From: an uncultured Muribaculaceae bacterium
Lineage (GTDB): Bacteria; Bacillota_I; Bacilli_A; RF39; UBA660
Reading direction: 5' to 3'
NCBI GenBank assembly: GCA_964543375.1
Contig: CAZIYD010000002.1
Location: 7,354 to 71,353 of the forward strand
DNA: 64,000 bases
In this document: positions 9,407-20,271 of the stretch, piece after piece
Layout of the letters: every line of letters begins with the position of its first letter
Position numbering within the stretch: the first letter of the stretch is position 1
Notes under the pieces: model-generated
The model's database searches: none
Told to the model about the DNA's origin: nothing
The model's input: only the letters and a program-made list of their open reading frames with translations
Translations under genes and position numbers: made by a program

Positions 9407-11836
9407 CTATTCTTTTACATTAAAAACAGCGGTTACTAATTGATCTTCTTTTAAGTTAATTAATCTAACTCCTTGGGTTACTCTTCCCATTGTAGATATT
9501 TGATCTATTGGAATTCTTATTACCATACCGCTATCGGTTATTATAATTAGATCCTCTTCTTCCTCGACTATTTTAAAAGCAACTATCTTTCCAGTTTTTT
9601 CTGTTGTGTTTAAAGTTTTAACACCTTTGCTCCCTCTTTTTGTTGTTCTATACTCATTTATTTCGGTTCTTTTTCCGTAGCCGTTTTCACTAACAACCAG
9701 AATTTTGCTATTTTCATCAACTATATTTGCGTCTATACAAACAGCATCTTTATCTAAATTAATTCCTCTAACTCCAGAAGCTGTTCTACCCATTATCCTT
9801 ACTTCTTCTTCATTAAACCTTACCATCTTGCCCTTTGAAGAAGCCATTACAATTTCAGAGTGTCCGTTTGTTTTTATTACAGAAATTAATTTATCTTCAT
9901 CTTTTAGCTTTATAGCAATCTTTCCAGTTTTTCTTATATTATGGAATTCTTCTACGTGACATCTTTTTACTAATCCGCCTTGTGTTGCAAATAATAAGCA
10001 CTTATTTTCTTCATCTTTTGAAACTTTTAATATTGAGGTTATTTTTTCATCTTTTTCTAAAGGTAATAAGTTTACAATTGGTAAACCTTTTGATTGTCTA
10101 CTGAACTCTGGAACCTCATAACCTTTTATTCTATATATTAAACCTTTATCAGAAAACAACATTAAGTAATCATGTGTATTTAACATTAATAGGTTCTCTG
10201 CAAAATCTTCTTCGTTTGTAGTCATTCCTTTTACGCCAGTTCCTCCACGATTTTGAGTTCTATAAGTATCTAGTGGCAATCTTTTTATATAACCTTTATT
10301 TGTTAAAGTTATTATAATTTCTTCTTGTGGAATTAACTCTTCATCGTCAATGTGTTCTATTGAAGACATATCAATTTTTGTTCTTCTTTCATTGGCATAC
10401 TTTTCTTTTATTTCAAGCATTTCTTTCTTAATTATTTCTAAAACCTTTTGAGTATCCGCTAAAATTTCTTCTAATTCTTTTATTAAGATTAAAAGATTTT
10501 TTAGTTCTTCTTCTATTTTGCCTCTTTCTAAACCTGTTAGACGTCTTAATTTCATTTCAAGTATTGCTTCTGATTGTAATTCACTCAATCCAAAACGATT
10601 TTTTAACTCTTCTTTTGCTTTTTGATCATCTTTTGAAGTTTTAATTATCTTTATTATTTCGTCTATATTATCTAAAGCTATTTTTAATCCTTCTAGTATG
10701 TGTTCTCTAGCCTTTGATTTTTCTAGATCAAATTGTGTTCTTCTAATAATTATTGTCTTTTGATAGTCAACATAATGCATAAAAATATCTCTTAAACCTA
10801 AAGTTTTTGGTTTACCGTCTACTAACATAAGTAAGTTTATACCATAAGATATTTGTAGTGGTGTGTGTTTATATAAGTTATTTAAAACAACATTGGCATT
10901 TGCTTCCTTTTTTAATTCAATATTTAATTTCATTCCTTCTAAAGAAGATTCATCGTGTAAGTCGCTTATGCCATCTAATTGTTTATTTCTTATTAACTCA
11001 CCTATTTTTTTTGTTAAATCATTCGTTTTACTTATTTGATATGGGACTTCTGTTATTAAAATTTTGCTTTTCTTACCTTCTTCTTCTATTATTTCAGCTT
11101 TTCCTCTTAATATAATAGATCCTTTTCCTGTTTCATATGCTTTTTTTATACCACTATTTCCTAATATATATCCATATGTTGGAAAATCTGGACCTTTTAC
11201 ATATTGCATTAATTCTAAAACTGTTATCTCTGGATTATCTATGTATGCTATACATCCATCTATTACTTCTCCAAGATTATGTGGAGGTATATTTGTTGCC
11301 ATACCAACGGCTATTCCCATGTTTCCGTTTACTAATATATTTGGAAATCTAGATGGTAATATATTTGGTTCTCTTCTTTGACCGTCATAGTTATCAGAAA
11401 AATCTACTGTATTTTTATTTATATCTCTTAAAATTTCCATAGAAATTTTTGATAATCTTGCTTCTGTATAACGAGATGCAGCTGGGCTGTCACCATCTCC
11501 AGAACCAAAGTTACCGTGTCCATCTACTAGTACGTGTCTATATGTAAAATCTTGAGCCATTCTAGCCATTGAATCATATATTGCTGAATCTCCATGAGGA
11601 TGATAATGCCCCATTACTGCCCCAACAGCATTAGCACTTTTTTGATGCTTTTTTTCTGGCGTCATTCCTTCTTCAAACATTGTGTAAAGAATTCTTCTAT
11701 GAACTGGTTTTAAACCATCTCTAACGTCGGGTATTGCTCTAGCTACTATTACACTCATAGAGTAATCTAAAAATGAGTTTTTAATTTCAGCGGATAAATT
11801 TATATCTTCTATTCTATCTATTATTTTTTCTTCCAT
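9407..11836 (-). CDS. gyrA: DNA gyrase subunit A
   Basis: 809 aa. N-terminus with AIPDVRDGLKPVHRRILY, active-site region, C-terminal beta-pinwheel repeats. Immediately follows gyrB. Confidence 0.97.
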   Translation of the reverse strand: MEEKIIDRIEDINLSAEIKNSFLDYSMSVIVARAIPDVRDGLKPVHRRILYTMFEEGMTPEKKHQKSANAVGAVMGHYHPHGDSAIYDSMARMAQDFTYRHVLVDGHGNFGSGDGDSPAASRYTEARLSKISMEILRDINKNTVDFSDNYDGQRREPNILPSRFPNILVNGNMGIAVGMATNIPPHNLGEVIDGCIAYIDNPEITVLELMQYVKGPDFPTYGYILGNSGIKKAYETGKGSIILRGKAEIIEEEGKKSKILITEVPYQISKTNDLTKKIGELIRNKQLDGISDLHDESSLEGMKLNIELKKEANANVVLNNLYKHTPLQISYGINLLMLVDGKPKTLGLRDIFMHYVDYQKTIIIRRTQFDLEKSKAREHILEGLKIALDNIDEIIKIIKTSKDDQKAKEELKNRFGLSELQSEAILEMKLRRLTGLERGKIEEELKNLLILIKELEEILADTQKVLEIIKKEMLEIKEKYANERRTKIDMSSIEHIDDEELIPQEEIIITLTNKGYIKRLPLDTYRTQNRGGTGVKGMTTNEEDFAENLLMLNTHDYLMLFSDKGLIYRIKGYEVPEFSRQSKGLPIVNLLPLEKDEKITSILKVSKDEENKCLLFATQGGLVKRCHVEEFHNIRKTGKIAIKLKDEDKLISVIKTNGHSEIVMASSKGKMVRFNEEEVRIMGRTASGVRGINLDKDAVCIDANIVDENSKILVVSENGYGKRTEINEYRTTKRGSKGVKTLNTTEKTGKIVAFKIVEEEEDLIIITDSGMVIRIPIDQISTMGRVTQGVRLINLKEDQLVTAVFNVKE

Positions 11837-11846
11837 ATTATCCTCC

Positions 11847-13787
11847 TTATACGTCTAGGTTTCTTACCTTTAAGGCATTTTCTTCTATGAATTGCCTACG
11901 TGGTTCTACGTTTTCTCCCATTAATATTTGGAAAGTTTCATCTGCAAGTATTGCATCTTCTACGTTTAATCTTATTAAAGTTCTTGTTTCTAAGCTCATT
12001 GTCGTCTCTCTTAGTTCTATTGCATCCATTTCTCCAAGACCCTTCATACGAACTATCTCAACTTTTGTATTTTCTGGTAGTGTTGCAATATAGGCATCTT
12101 TTTCTTTTTCGTTTAATACATATTTTTGAGTTTTTCCATGAGATACTCTAAATAGTGGGGGTTGGGCAGCATAAACGTGACCCTTTTCTACTAAAGGTTT
12201 GAAATATCTATATAAGAAAGTTAGTAAAAGTGTTCTAATATGGGCACCATCTACGTCAGCATCTGTCATTATTATTATTTTGTGATATCTTAATTTGGAA
12301 TAATCAAATTCTTCTCCTATTCCAGTACCAAAAGCGGTAATTAAATTTCTTATTTCTTCATTTCCTAAGATTTTGTCAAGTCTTGCTTTTTCTACGTTTA
12401 TTATTTTTCCTCTTATTGGAATTACAGCTTGAGTTTTTGAATCTCTACCTTGTTTTGCTGGACCTTCTGCACTTCGCCCTTCCACTATAAATATTTCAGA
12501 TTCAGTAGGATCTTTACTTGAACAATCCGTAAGTTTTTCCCACTGATTTGATATATCCAAAAGACCTTTTCTTCTTGTTAATTCTCTTGCTTTTTTTGCT
12601 GCTGCTCTAGCTCTTGCTGCTGTTAACGTTTTATCGATTATTTTTCTTGCTTCATCTGGATTTTCTAATAAATATCTTTCTAGTCCCCTTGCAAAAATGC
12701 TATCGGATATTTTTCTTACTTCTATATTACCTAGTTTTGTCTTGGTTTGGCCTTCAAATTGAGGATTAGGGTGCTTTACTGAAATAATCATTGTTATTCC
12801 TTCTCTAACATCTTCTCCTGTTAATGCTTCATCATTTTGTTTTAGCATATTTGAACTTTTACCATAATTATTTATAACTCTTGTTAAAGCTCTTTTTACA
12901 CCTTCATCATGTGTTCCGCCCTCATATGTATTTATATTATTTACAAATGTATATATGTTTTCTGTGTATGAATCAGTATATTGAAGTGCTATTTCTATTT
13001 TTATATCGTTTTCAATATCTTCAAAATAAACAATGTCTTTATTTACTGGTGTTTTATTCTTGTTTAGTAATTCTATATATTCTTTTATTCCGCCTTCATA
13101 TAAAAATATATCTTTTTTATCGTCTACTCTATTGTCCGTTAAAATAAATCTTAACCCTTTGTTTAGAAATGCTAACTCTCTAGTTCTAGACTTTAAAGCA
13201 TCATAATCGAACTCAGTTGTCTCTTCAAAAATATTTGGATCGGGTTTAAAAGAGACAGTTGTACCTGTTCTATCTAATTCACAATCTCCTATTATTTTTA
13301 ATTTTTCTTCTGCTTTTCCTCCGTTTTTAAAACGTTGAAAATATATTTTTCCATTTTTATAAATAGTAACTTCTAAATAAGAACTCAGTGCATTAACAAC
13401 TGATGCTCCAACTCCGTGTAGTCCTCCTGATACTTTGTATCCTCCGCCCCCAAATTTTCCGCCTGCATGTAATACCGTATAAACGGTTTCAACAGTTGAA
13501 ACACCTGTTTTTGGATGAATGTCTACCGGTATTCCTCTTCCATCATCTTTTATAGTAATTGCATTATTCTTTTCTATAGTTATTTCTATATCATCGCAAT
13601 AACCCGCTAAAGCTTCATCTACTGCGTTATCTACTATTTCCCATACTAGGTGATGTAATCCTTTAGAACCAGTAGTTCCTATATACATCCCTGGACGCTT
13701 TCTAACAGCCTCTAATCCCTCAAGAACTTGAATATCTGTTGAATCATAATGTAAACTTTTATCTTTTTCCATTGTTTCTCCCTTCAA
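11847..13787 (-). CDS. gyrB: DNA gyrase subunit B
   Basis: 646 aa. GHKL ATPase N-terminus ([24 protein letters not shown]), Toprim with EGDSA-like motif (IVEGRSAEG), PLRGKILN motif. Confidence 0.97.
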   Translation of the reverse strand: MKGETMEKDKSLHYDSTDIQVLEGLEAVRKRPGMYIGTTGSKGLHHLVWEIVDNAVDEALAGYCDDIEITIEKNNAITIKDDGRGIPVDIHPKTGVSTVETVYTVLHAGGKFGGGGYKVSGGLHGVGASVVNALSSYLEVTIYKNGKIYFQRFKNGGKAEEKLKIIGDCELDRTGTTVSFKPDPNIFEETTEFDYDALKSRTRELAFLNKGLRFILTDNRVDDKKDIFLYEGGIKEYIELLNKNKTPVNKDIVYFEDIENDIKIEIALQYTDSYTENIYTFVNNINTYEGGTHDEGVKRALTRVINNYGKSSNMLKQNDEALTGEDVREGITMIISVKHPNPQFEGQTKTKLGNIEVRKISDSIFARGLERYLLENPDEARKIIDKTLTAARARAAAKKARELTRRKGLLDISNQWEKLTDCSSKDPTESEIFIVEGRSAEGPAKQGRDSKTQAVIPIRGKIINVEKARLDKILGNEEIRNLITAFGTGIGEEFDYSKLRYHKIIIMTDADVDGAHIRTLLLTFLYRYFKPLVEKGHVYAAQPPLFRVSHGKTQKYVLNEKEKDAYIATLPENTKVEIVRMKGLGEMDAIELRETTMSLETRTLIRLNVEDAILADETFQILMGENVEPRRQFIEENALKVRNLDV

Positions 13788-13880
13788 AACAAAAAAACGC
13801 TTTTATTTTGTTTTTAATAAATTACGTGTAGGTTGATACTTACATTATAATTATAGCACAAAAATGAGCGTTTTATACAC

Positions 13881-15005
13881 TTAAATGTCAATTTGGTTGT
13901 TTTCTTTTATTTTTTTACTTTTTATATTGAATGTTTTTGCTCCATTTAATACTTTTTTATCTATATTGTTTAAATCAGTAGTTGTAATAAAGGTTTGAAC
14001 GTCTTTTTTGATATATTTTATTATGTTATTTTTCTTGTTTTCATCTAATTCGCTAAAAATATCATCTAATAAAAGGACTGGATAATCTCCTGTTTCTTCT
14101 TTAAATATTTCTATTTCAGCAAGTTTAAGACAAACTATTATTATTCTTTGTTGACCTTGTGAAGCGTGAAGTCTAACATCCTTTTTATTTATATAAAAAA
14201 TTATATCGTCTCTGTGAGGACCATTTATAGTCATACCTAAAAATAAATCTCTTTTAATATTTGAAGATAGTTTTTTATAAAAATTTTCTTTAATATTTGA
14301 TAAATCTTTAAACTCCTCTATATCTATGTTTGTTTTATATTCTAATATTAATTCTCCTTCTTTAAATATTGTTTTATATATTTTTTGTGCTTTTTTATTC
14401 AGTTTTTGAACAAATAAACTTCTTTTTTGATATATTATTGCTCCTTTTTTTGATATTTGTTCATTTATTATAGATAAATAGTCTAAATCTAAGTCTTCAT
14501 ATTTTTTGTTTTTTATATATTCGTTTCTAGTTTTTACAAGCAAATTGTATTCGTTTAATTCAGACAAGTATTTATTGTCTATTTGCGCTATTTCTATATT
14601 TAAGAATTTTCTTCTATATGATGGATTTCCCTTTATTAGATCTAAATCGCTGGGATTAAACATTATTACATTGAAATTTGAAATATAGTTACTTATTTTT
14701 TTAATTATTATATTATTTATTTTTGCACTTTTTCCTTTTGTGTTTATTAAAATTTCTAATTTTTTTAATTCGTTTTTTTGTTCTACTTTACCCATTATTT
14801 TTGTAGCTTGCAATCCATCTTTTATTAGGTGTTTGTCGATTCCTACTCTATGAGATTTAGTTATAGCTAAAACATATATACTTTCTAATATATTTGTTTT
14901 TCCTTCTGCATTTTCACCATAAAAAATGTTTATGTTTGGTGAAAAAGACAAGTTTAAATTTTCATAATTTCTGAAGTTTTTTAATTCTAATTCTTTTAAT
15001 ATCAT
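13881..15005 (-). CDS. recF: DNA replication and repair protein RecF
   Basis: 374 aa. MILKELELKNFRNYENLNLSFSPNINIFYGENAEGKTNILESIY Walker A (SMC-like ABC ATPase), signature and Walker B (LLLDDIFSELD) in the C-terminus. Confidence 0.93.
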   Translation of the reverse strand: MILKELELKNFRNYENLNLSFSPNINIFYGENAEGKTNILESIYVLAITKSHRVGIDKHLIKDGLQATKIMGKVEQKNELKKLEILINTKGKSAKINNIIIKKISNYISNFNVIMFNPSDLDLIKGNPSYRRKFLNIEIAQIDNKYLSELNEYNLLVKTRNEYIKNKKYEDLDLDYLSIINEQISKKGAIIYQKRSLFVQKLNKKAQKIYKTIFKEGELILEYKTNIDIEEFKDLSNIKENFYKKLSSNIKRDLFLGMTINGPHRDDIIFYINKKDVRLHASQGQQRIIIVCLKLAEIEIFKEETGDYPVLLLDDIFSELDENKKNNIIKYIKKDVQTFITTTDLNNIDKKVLNGAKTFNIKSKKIKENNQIDI

Positions 15006-15006
15006 G

Positions 15007-16362
15007 TTATTTTCCTAAACAAAAGTTATTGAATATTTCATCTACTAGTTCATCTTTATAACTCTTTCCTATTACATCTCCAAGTAATTCCCAAATTTGT
15101 TTTAAATCTATTTCTAGTATATCAACAGGCAAGTCTGCTTTTAAACCTTGTTTTAAATCCTCTATATTATCTATAGTTTGTTTTAATGTGCTTATTTGAC
15201 GTATGTTAAACAAATAATTTGGATCTTTTTTATCTATTTCATTCAAGTTGAATTTTTCTATTATTTTATCTTTAAGCTTTATTATATTGTTATCTATTGC
15301 ACTTATTTCTACAATATCTCCATTGAGATTTTCTTTGTTTATTTTTTGATCTAAATCTATTTTATTTATTACAATTATTCTGTTTTTGTTTTTTGTTTTT
15401 TCTAATAATTCATTATCCTCTTTACTAAGTGGCTCGTTATTATTTAAAACTAATATTATTAAATCTGCTTCTTCTATTAAATTTAAAGATTTGTCTACTC
15501 CAATTTTTTCTATTACATCAGTTGTTTCTCGTATTCCTGCTGTATCGGTTATATTTAAAAGTATCGAATTTATTGTAATTGACCCTTCGACAACATCTCT
15601 AGTAGTTCCTGCTATGTCAGTTACTATAGCCTTATCTTCATCTATTAATCGATTTAACAAACTACTTTTACCTACGTTTGGCTTACCCAATATAACAGTA
15701 TTTATCCCTTCTTTTATTAATTTTCCGTTTTCACTTTCTTTAATTATGTTTTTTATTTCTTTTTCTATTATTATAATTTCTTTTGAAATCATTTCTCTTG
15801 TTATAACTAATATATCTTCGTATTCTGGATAATCTATATTTGCTTCTATATTTGCAAGAATTTTAGATATTTTATTTCTTAATATTTCTATCATTTCTGA
15901 AATATTGCCTTTTATTCCATTAATTGCTAACTTTCTTGCTGATTCTGTTTTAGAATTTATTAAATCCATAATGGCTTCTGCTTCTATTAAATCTATTCTT
16001 CCATTTAAAAATGCTCTTTTTGTAAATTCTCCTGGTTCTGCAAGTCTAGCACCATTTTTTATTAATAATTCTAATATCTTATTAGTAGAGGTTATGCCAC
16101 CATGACAATTTATTTCTACTATATCTTCTTTTGTAAAAGTTTTAGGAGATCTCATTACGCTTACTAAAACTTCATCTATTATTATATCTTCATCTTTTAT
16201 AAAGCCATAATTAATAGTATGAGTGTTTACTTTACTCAAGTCTCTACTAAATAGTTTATTTACTATATCAATTGAATTTTTACCACTTAGTCTTATTATA
16301 GATATTGCTCCTATACCTAAGGCTGTTGATATTCCCGCTATTGTGTCATACATAAAAATCAC
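15007..16362 (-). CDS. mnmE: tRNA modification GTPase MnmE
   Basis: 451 aa. G-domain GKPNVGKSSLLN, DTAG, NKID motifs, C-terminal CLGK tetrapeptide typical of MnmE. Confidence 0.95.
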   Translation of the reverse strand: MIFMYDTIAGISTALGIGAISIIRLSGKNSIDIVNKLFSRDLSKVNTHTINYGFIKDEDIIIDEVLVSVMRSPKTFTKEDIVEINCHGGITSTNKILELLIKNGARLAEPGEFTKRAFLNGRIDLIEAEAIMDLINSKTESARKLAINGIKGNISEMIEILRNKISKILANIEANIDYPEYEDILVITREMISKEIIIIEKEIKNIIKESENGKLIKEGINTVILGKPNVGKSSLLNRLIDEDKAIVTDIAGTTRDVVEGSITINSILLNITDTAGIRETTDVIEKIGVDKSLNLIEEADLIILVLNNNEPLSKEDNELLEKTKNKNRIIVINKIDLDQKINKENLNGDIVEISAIDNNIIKLKDKIIEKFNLNEIDKKDPNYLFNIRQISTLKQTIDNIEDLKQGLKADLPVDILEIDLKQIWELLGDVIGKSYKDELVDEIFNNFCLGK

Positions 16363-16401
16363 CCAAATATATTATATCATTAAAAAAAAGAGTATTAAAC
16401 T

Positions 16402-17013
16402 CTAATCTTTTTTCTTTATAGTTATACATCTATTTGGTTCTTCACCAATAGATTCTGTCGATATTCCTGTTATTTTAGAACAGATACTATGTACTAACCT
16501 TCTTTCATAAGAATTCATAGGATCTAAAGTGGTTGTAACTCCAGTTTTCTTAACATTAAAAGCTATATTTTTTATTGTTCTTTCTAAATTTCTTTGTTGT
16601 TTTTCTCTATAATCTTCGACATCTATAATTATATTAACTTTAAAGCCCGTTAAATTTTGAATTGAACTTCTAACTATAACTTGTATAGAATCTAAAGTTT
16701 GACCATTTCTTCCTATTAAAATAGAATTATTGTCTGAAAATAAAGTGAATTTTAAATAATCATCTCTCTTTTTTGCCTCAACATTAGCATCTAATCCCAT
16801 TTTTGATGTTATATCAATAAGTAATGTTTTTATATATTCTATTAAATCGTCTTTTAATATTGCTACAAGTTTAGCTTTCTTTGTTTTAAAAAGACCTCCA
16901 TATTCTTCTGTTTCTTTATATAATATGTCTTTTTCTGAAACATTTAATTCATAAAACATTTTTTCTTTTGCTAACTCTATATTTTTTTCAATATATTCAT
17001 AATTTTTTATCAT
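16402..17013 (-). CDS. khpB: RNA-binding protein Jag/KhpB (Jag_N, KH and R3H domains)
   Basis: 203 aa. C-terminal R3H-like YERRLVHSICSKITGISTESIGEEPNRCITIKKK. Conserved position between mnmE and yidC. Confidence 0.85.
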   Translation of the reverse strand: MIKNYEYIEKNIELAKEKMFYELNVSEKDILYKETEEYGGLFKTKKAKLVAILKDDLIEYIKTLLIDITSKMGLDANVEAKKRDDYLKFTLFSDNNSILIGRNGQTLDSIQVIVRSSIQNLTGFKVNIIIDVEDYREKQQRNLERTIKNIAFNVKKTGVTTTLDPMNSYERRLVHSICSKITGISTESIGEEPNRCITIKKKD

Positions 17014-17014
17014 A

Positions 17015-18028
17015 CTAACCTCTTTTCTTGACTAATACATTTTGTATTACTGTGAAAATATTTGATGCAATCCAATATAAACTTACTGCAGTTGTCATAG
17101 AAAAGGACATAAATACTATCATCACTATAAATACTGTATTCATTATATTCATTTGTTTTTGATTTTCTAAAGAAGATGAAGCACCTTTATTAAGTTTAAA
17201 TGATAGGTATGTTATTATAGCAAGAACCAGTACTATGATTATATAAAACCAAAGACCTTTTTGAATTGCAATTGTTGGTGTCATACCTAAATTAAACCCT
17301 AAAAATTTGCCTTCAAATATCGCAGGAGTTCTATTTATTGCCTCTATAAATGCAAATAATAATGGTATTTGAATTATTGCAAATAAGCAACTAGACATAG
17401 GATTAATATTATATTTTTTATATAAAAGCATAGTTTCTTGACTTTTTTTCATAACAGATTCTTGATCTGTCTTGCCTTCATATTTTTTTTCTATTTTCTT
17501 TATTTCTGGTTGTGCTTTTTTTATATTTTCAGATTGTAAAGCAGTATTTTTTGTTACAGGCATAAGTACAACTCTAATAAGAATACTTATTATTATTAAA
17601 GATAAACCATAGTTATTTAACCATGCACCAACTTTTAATATTAGCCATGCTAATGGTTTTACAAAGACAGTATCCCATAAACCTTCATATTTAGAATCTG
17701 ATAGTTTGTACTCATTACAAGCAGGTAATTTTTCTATATCTACTTTATATTTTTCATATATTTTTATTACATCTTTATTAGTGGGTTTACAAAGTATATT
17801 TTCTGTTAACATTTGACCTGTTTCGTTTGTCTTAAAAATACTACAATTATCATTGCATTCTTTTTTACAACTTTCTTTCGTGTCTTCGTTTATACATATT
17901 TCATCACATTTTTCACATAAATGAATTGCTTCATATTTTACTGGTTTTTTATCTTTATCTACTAGTGTTTTTGAGCATCCAGTTAAAACAATGACAAGAA
18001 ATAGTATTAATATTATTTTTTTATTCAT
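17015..18028 (-). CDS. yidC: membrane protein insertase YidC/OxaA with Cys-rich extracytoplasmic N-terminal extension
   Basis: 337 aa. Lipoprotein signal MNKKIILILFLVIVLTGCS, about 95-aa Cys-rich segment (10 Cys), then the 5-TM YidC core starting near GLWDTVFVKPLAWLI. Conserved position next to rnpA. Confidence 0.9.
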   Translation of the reverse strand: MNKKIILILFLVIVLTGCSKTLVDKDKKPVKYEAIHLCEKCDEICINEDTKESCKKECNDNCSIFKTNETGQMLTENILCKPTNKDVIKIYEKYKVDIEKLPACNEYKLSDSKYEGLWDTVFVKPLAWLILKVGAWLNNYGLSLIIISILIRVVLMPVTKNTALQSENIKKAQPEIKKIEKKYEGKTDQESVMKKSQETMLLYKKYNINPMSSCLFAIIQIPLLFAFIEAINRTPAIFEGKFLGFNLGMTPTIAIQKGLWFYIIIVLVLAIITYLSFKLNKGASSSLENQKQMNIMNTVFIVMIVFMSFSMTTAVSLYWIASNIFTVIQNVLVKKRG

Positions 18029-18036
18029 ATTTACCT

Positions 18037-18375
18037 CTAAAGATTTTTTAATAAATCAACAAGTTCATTTTCTTTTTCTCTATAATCTAAATTTAAGATT
18101 AAACTTCTTGCTATTATTATGTAATCCAATTTTTTTAATTTTTCTCTGTTATTATCAATTATATTTTTTAATTGACGTTTGATTTTATTTCTAACCACTG
18201 CTATTCCTATTTTTTTGGGAATAGATATACCAACTCTATATTTATCTTTTTTTTTGTCTATATAATATATTACATAGTACTTATTTTTTAATAATTTCCC
18301 GTTTTTTATTATGTTATTAAAATCTTCATTAGATTTAACTATATTTATTTTTTTCATTAATACTCCACATAACAA
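18037..18375 (-). CDS. rnpA: ribonuclease P protein component
   Basis: 112 aa. Basic protein with KYRVGISIPKKIGIAVVRNKIKRQLKN (RNR motif region). Follows rpmH. Confidence 0.92.
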   Translation of the reverse strand: MLCGVLMKKINIVKSNEDFNNIIKNGKLLKNKYYVIYYIDKKKDKYRVGISIPKKIGIAVVRNKIKRQLKNIIDNNREKLKKLDYIIIARSLILNLDYREKENELVDLLKNL

Positions 18376-18378
18376 AAA

Positions 18379-18395
18379 ACCACTAAAGTGGTGTT
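18379..18395 (-). terminator. hairpin plus U-run between rpmH and rnpA (partial terminator/attenuator)
   Basis: Minus strand ACCACTTTAGTGGTTTTTTGTT: 6-bp stem ACCACT/AGTGGT followed by a U-run. A partial terminator at this position is known in Bacillus rpmH-rnpA. Confidence 0.4.
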
Positions 18396-18524
18396 CTATT
18401 TAGTTAATTTTTTTCTTCCTTTTTTTCTTCTAGCTGAAACAACACCAGAATCTGCTTTTTTTCGAGCAAAGAATCCATGTATCTTTTTAGCTTTAGATTT
18501 ATTAGGTTGATATGTTCTTTTCAT
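18396..18524 (-). CDS. rpmH: 50S ribosomal protein L34 (ORF absent from the supplied track)
   Basis: Manual translation [42 protein letters not shown] (42 aa) is a canonical L34. RBS GGAGGAAGT precedes the ATG. Located at oriC upstream of rnpA. Confidence 0.9.
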   Translation of the reverse strand: MKRTYQPNKSKAKKIHGFFARKKADSGVVSARRKKGRKKLTK

Positions 18525-18540
18525 ACTTCCTCCTCTTCTT

Positions 18541-18816
18541 AAAACATTATAATTATAAAGGTTAAGCATTTAAAAGTCAATTAAAAAATTATAAACATAT
18601 TAACATACTTGTTGATTAAAAATAATAGTTGTTAATTACAAAAAATATATGATTTTGTGGATAAGTGTATTCTTTTACTATAAAAACTAATAATTAGTTG
18701 TTATTAACTCTGTGGATAAGTTGTTATTAACTTGTTATTTATTATTTTGTTGTTTAATTTTTGAAGAAAATGATTTACAATATAGTTAAATTGTTTGAAA
18801 GTAGGAGGTAAATTTT
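18541..18816. promoter_or_regulatory. oriC region upstream of dnaA with DnaA boxes
   Basis: Two perfect DnaA boxes (TGTGGATAA, the complement of TTATCCACA) at 18657-18665 and 18711-18719, AT-rich flanks and the dnaA promoter region. Confidence 0.75.
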
Positions 18817-20166
18817 ATGGATGAAATAAAATTATGGGAAAATTTTTTAAATTTAATTAAAGATAAAATATCTCCTATATCATATGATACTTGGTTTAGT
18901 GATACAAAATTACATAAAATAGAAAATAAAAAGATATTTATTATAGTTCCCATGAACATTCACAAAAAAAATATTCAAGAAAATTATTCAGATTTATTAA
19001 AAGAAACTATTAACTCTTTAACAGGAACTAATTTTGAATTTATATTTTTATTAGAAGAAGAAATCAATGTTAAAGATGTAAACAATGTAGAAGAGGGTGT
19101 CCCTTTTAATAATCCTATACAAGCTAATTTAAATCCTAATTATACTTTTGATACTTTTGTTATTGGAGAAACTAATAGAATGTCATTTACTGCTGCTTTT
19201 GCGGTTGCAGAAAGACCGGGAAAAGCATATAATCCACTATTTTTATATGGTAGTAGTGGTCTTGGAAAAACTCATTTAATGCAAGCTATTGGAAATTATA
19301 TAATTGAAAATACTAATAAAAAGGTTTTATATATAACAAGTGATAAATTTAAATCAGATTTTATAGCAATAAATAAGAGAAAACATGATGAAAATAATAT
19401 AGAATATGTTGATTCTTTTAAAGAAAAATACAGAAATATAGATGTATTAATAATAGATGATATACAATTTCTAGCAGGCGCTACCGAAAGTCAAACAGAA
19501 TTTTTTCATACATTTAATGAACTTCATCAAGAAGGAAAACAAATAATAATTTCTTCAGACAGATCTCCAGATGATTTAAAATTACTAGAAGAACGTTTAA
19601 GAACTAGATTTAACTGGGGACTTGCAGTAAATATATTTCCACCTGATTATGAACTTAGAATTGAAATATTAAAGAAGAAGTTATCTGTTCACGATATAGC
19701 TAGACCTATAAAAGAAGATGTTCTTGTATTTATTGCTACCAATTGTGCTTCAGATGTAAGAAAGTTAGAAGGAGCATTAAATAGATTATTTGCTTATACA
19801 GCAATGTTTAATAAAGAAATTATAGATATTGATGTTGCTAAAGAAGCCTTAAATGATTTTTTAAGTAGTACTGAATATATAAAAAATAATATTCAAAAAA
19901 TTCAAAAAATTGTAAGTGATTTTTATCAAATAACCGTTGAAGATTTAAATTCTAAAAAAAGAAATAATAAGGTTGCTTTTCCTAGACAAGTAGCAATGTA
20001 TTTATCTAGACAATTAACAGATGAAAGTTTTCCTAGAATTGGTATAGAATTTGGGGGAAGAGATCATACAACGGTAATACATGCATGTAATAAAATTGAA
20101 CAAGAAATTAAAAATAATAAAGAATTTAAAAATACAATAGAGTTGTTGAAAAAGAAGTTAAAATAA
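18817..20166 (+). CDS. dnaA: chromosomal replication initiator protein DnaA
   Basis: 449 aa. AAA+ Walker A GSSGLGKTHL, sensor motifs, C-terminal DNA-binding helix VAMYLSRQLTDESFPRIGIEFGGRDHTTVIHA. Confidence 0.97.
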   Translation: MDEIKLWENFLNLIKDKISPISYDTWFSDTKLHKIENKKIFIIVPMNIHKKNIQENYSDLLKETINSLTGTNFEFIFLLEEEINVKDVNNVEEGVPFNNPIQANLNPNYTFDTFVIGETNRMSFTAAFAVAERPGKAYNPLFLYGSSGLGKTHLMQAIGNYIIENTNKKVLYITSDKFKSDFIAINKRKHDENNIEYVDSFKEKYRNIDVLIIDDIQFLAGATESQTEFFHTFNELHQEGKQIIISSDRSPDDLKLLEERLRTRFNWGLAVNIFPPDYELRIEILKKKLSVHDIARPIKEDVLVFIATNCASDVRKLEGALNRLFAYTAMFNKEIIDIDVAKEALNDFLSSTEYIKNNIQKIQKIVSDFYQITVEDLNSKKRNNKVAFPRQVAMYLSRQLTDESFPRIGIEFGGRDHTTVIHACNKIEQEIKNNKEFKNTIELLKKKLK

Positions 20167-20271
20167 TGTGTATAATAATAACAAAAATGGATTAAATAAA
20201 AGGAATAAATTGAATTATTCACATTATCCACTATAATAATAAAAATATAATAAAAAAGAAAGGAATATAAA
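20167..20271. promoter_or_regulatory. dnaA-dnaN intergenic AT-rich region with a DnaA box-like site (second oriC half / DUE candidate)
   Basis: TTATCCACT (8/9 match) at 20225-20233 within >85% AT sequence. Confidence 0.45.
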
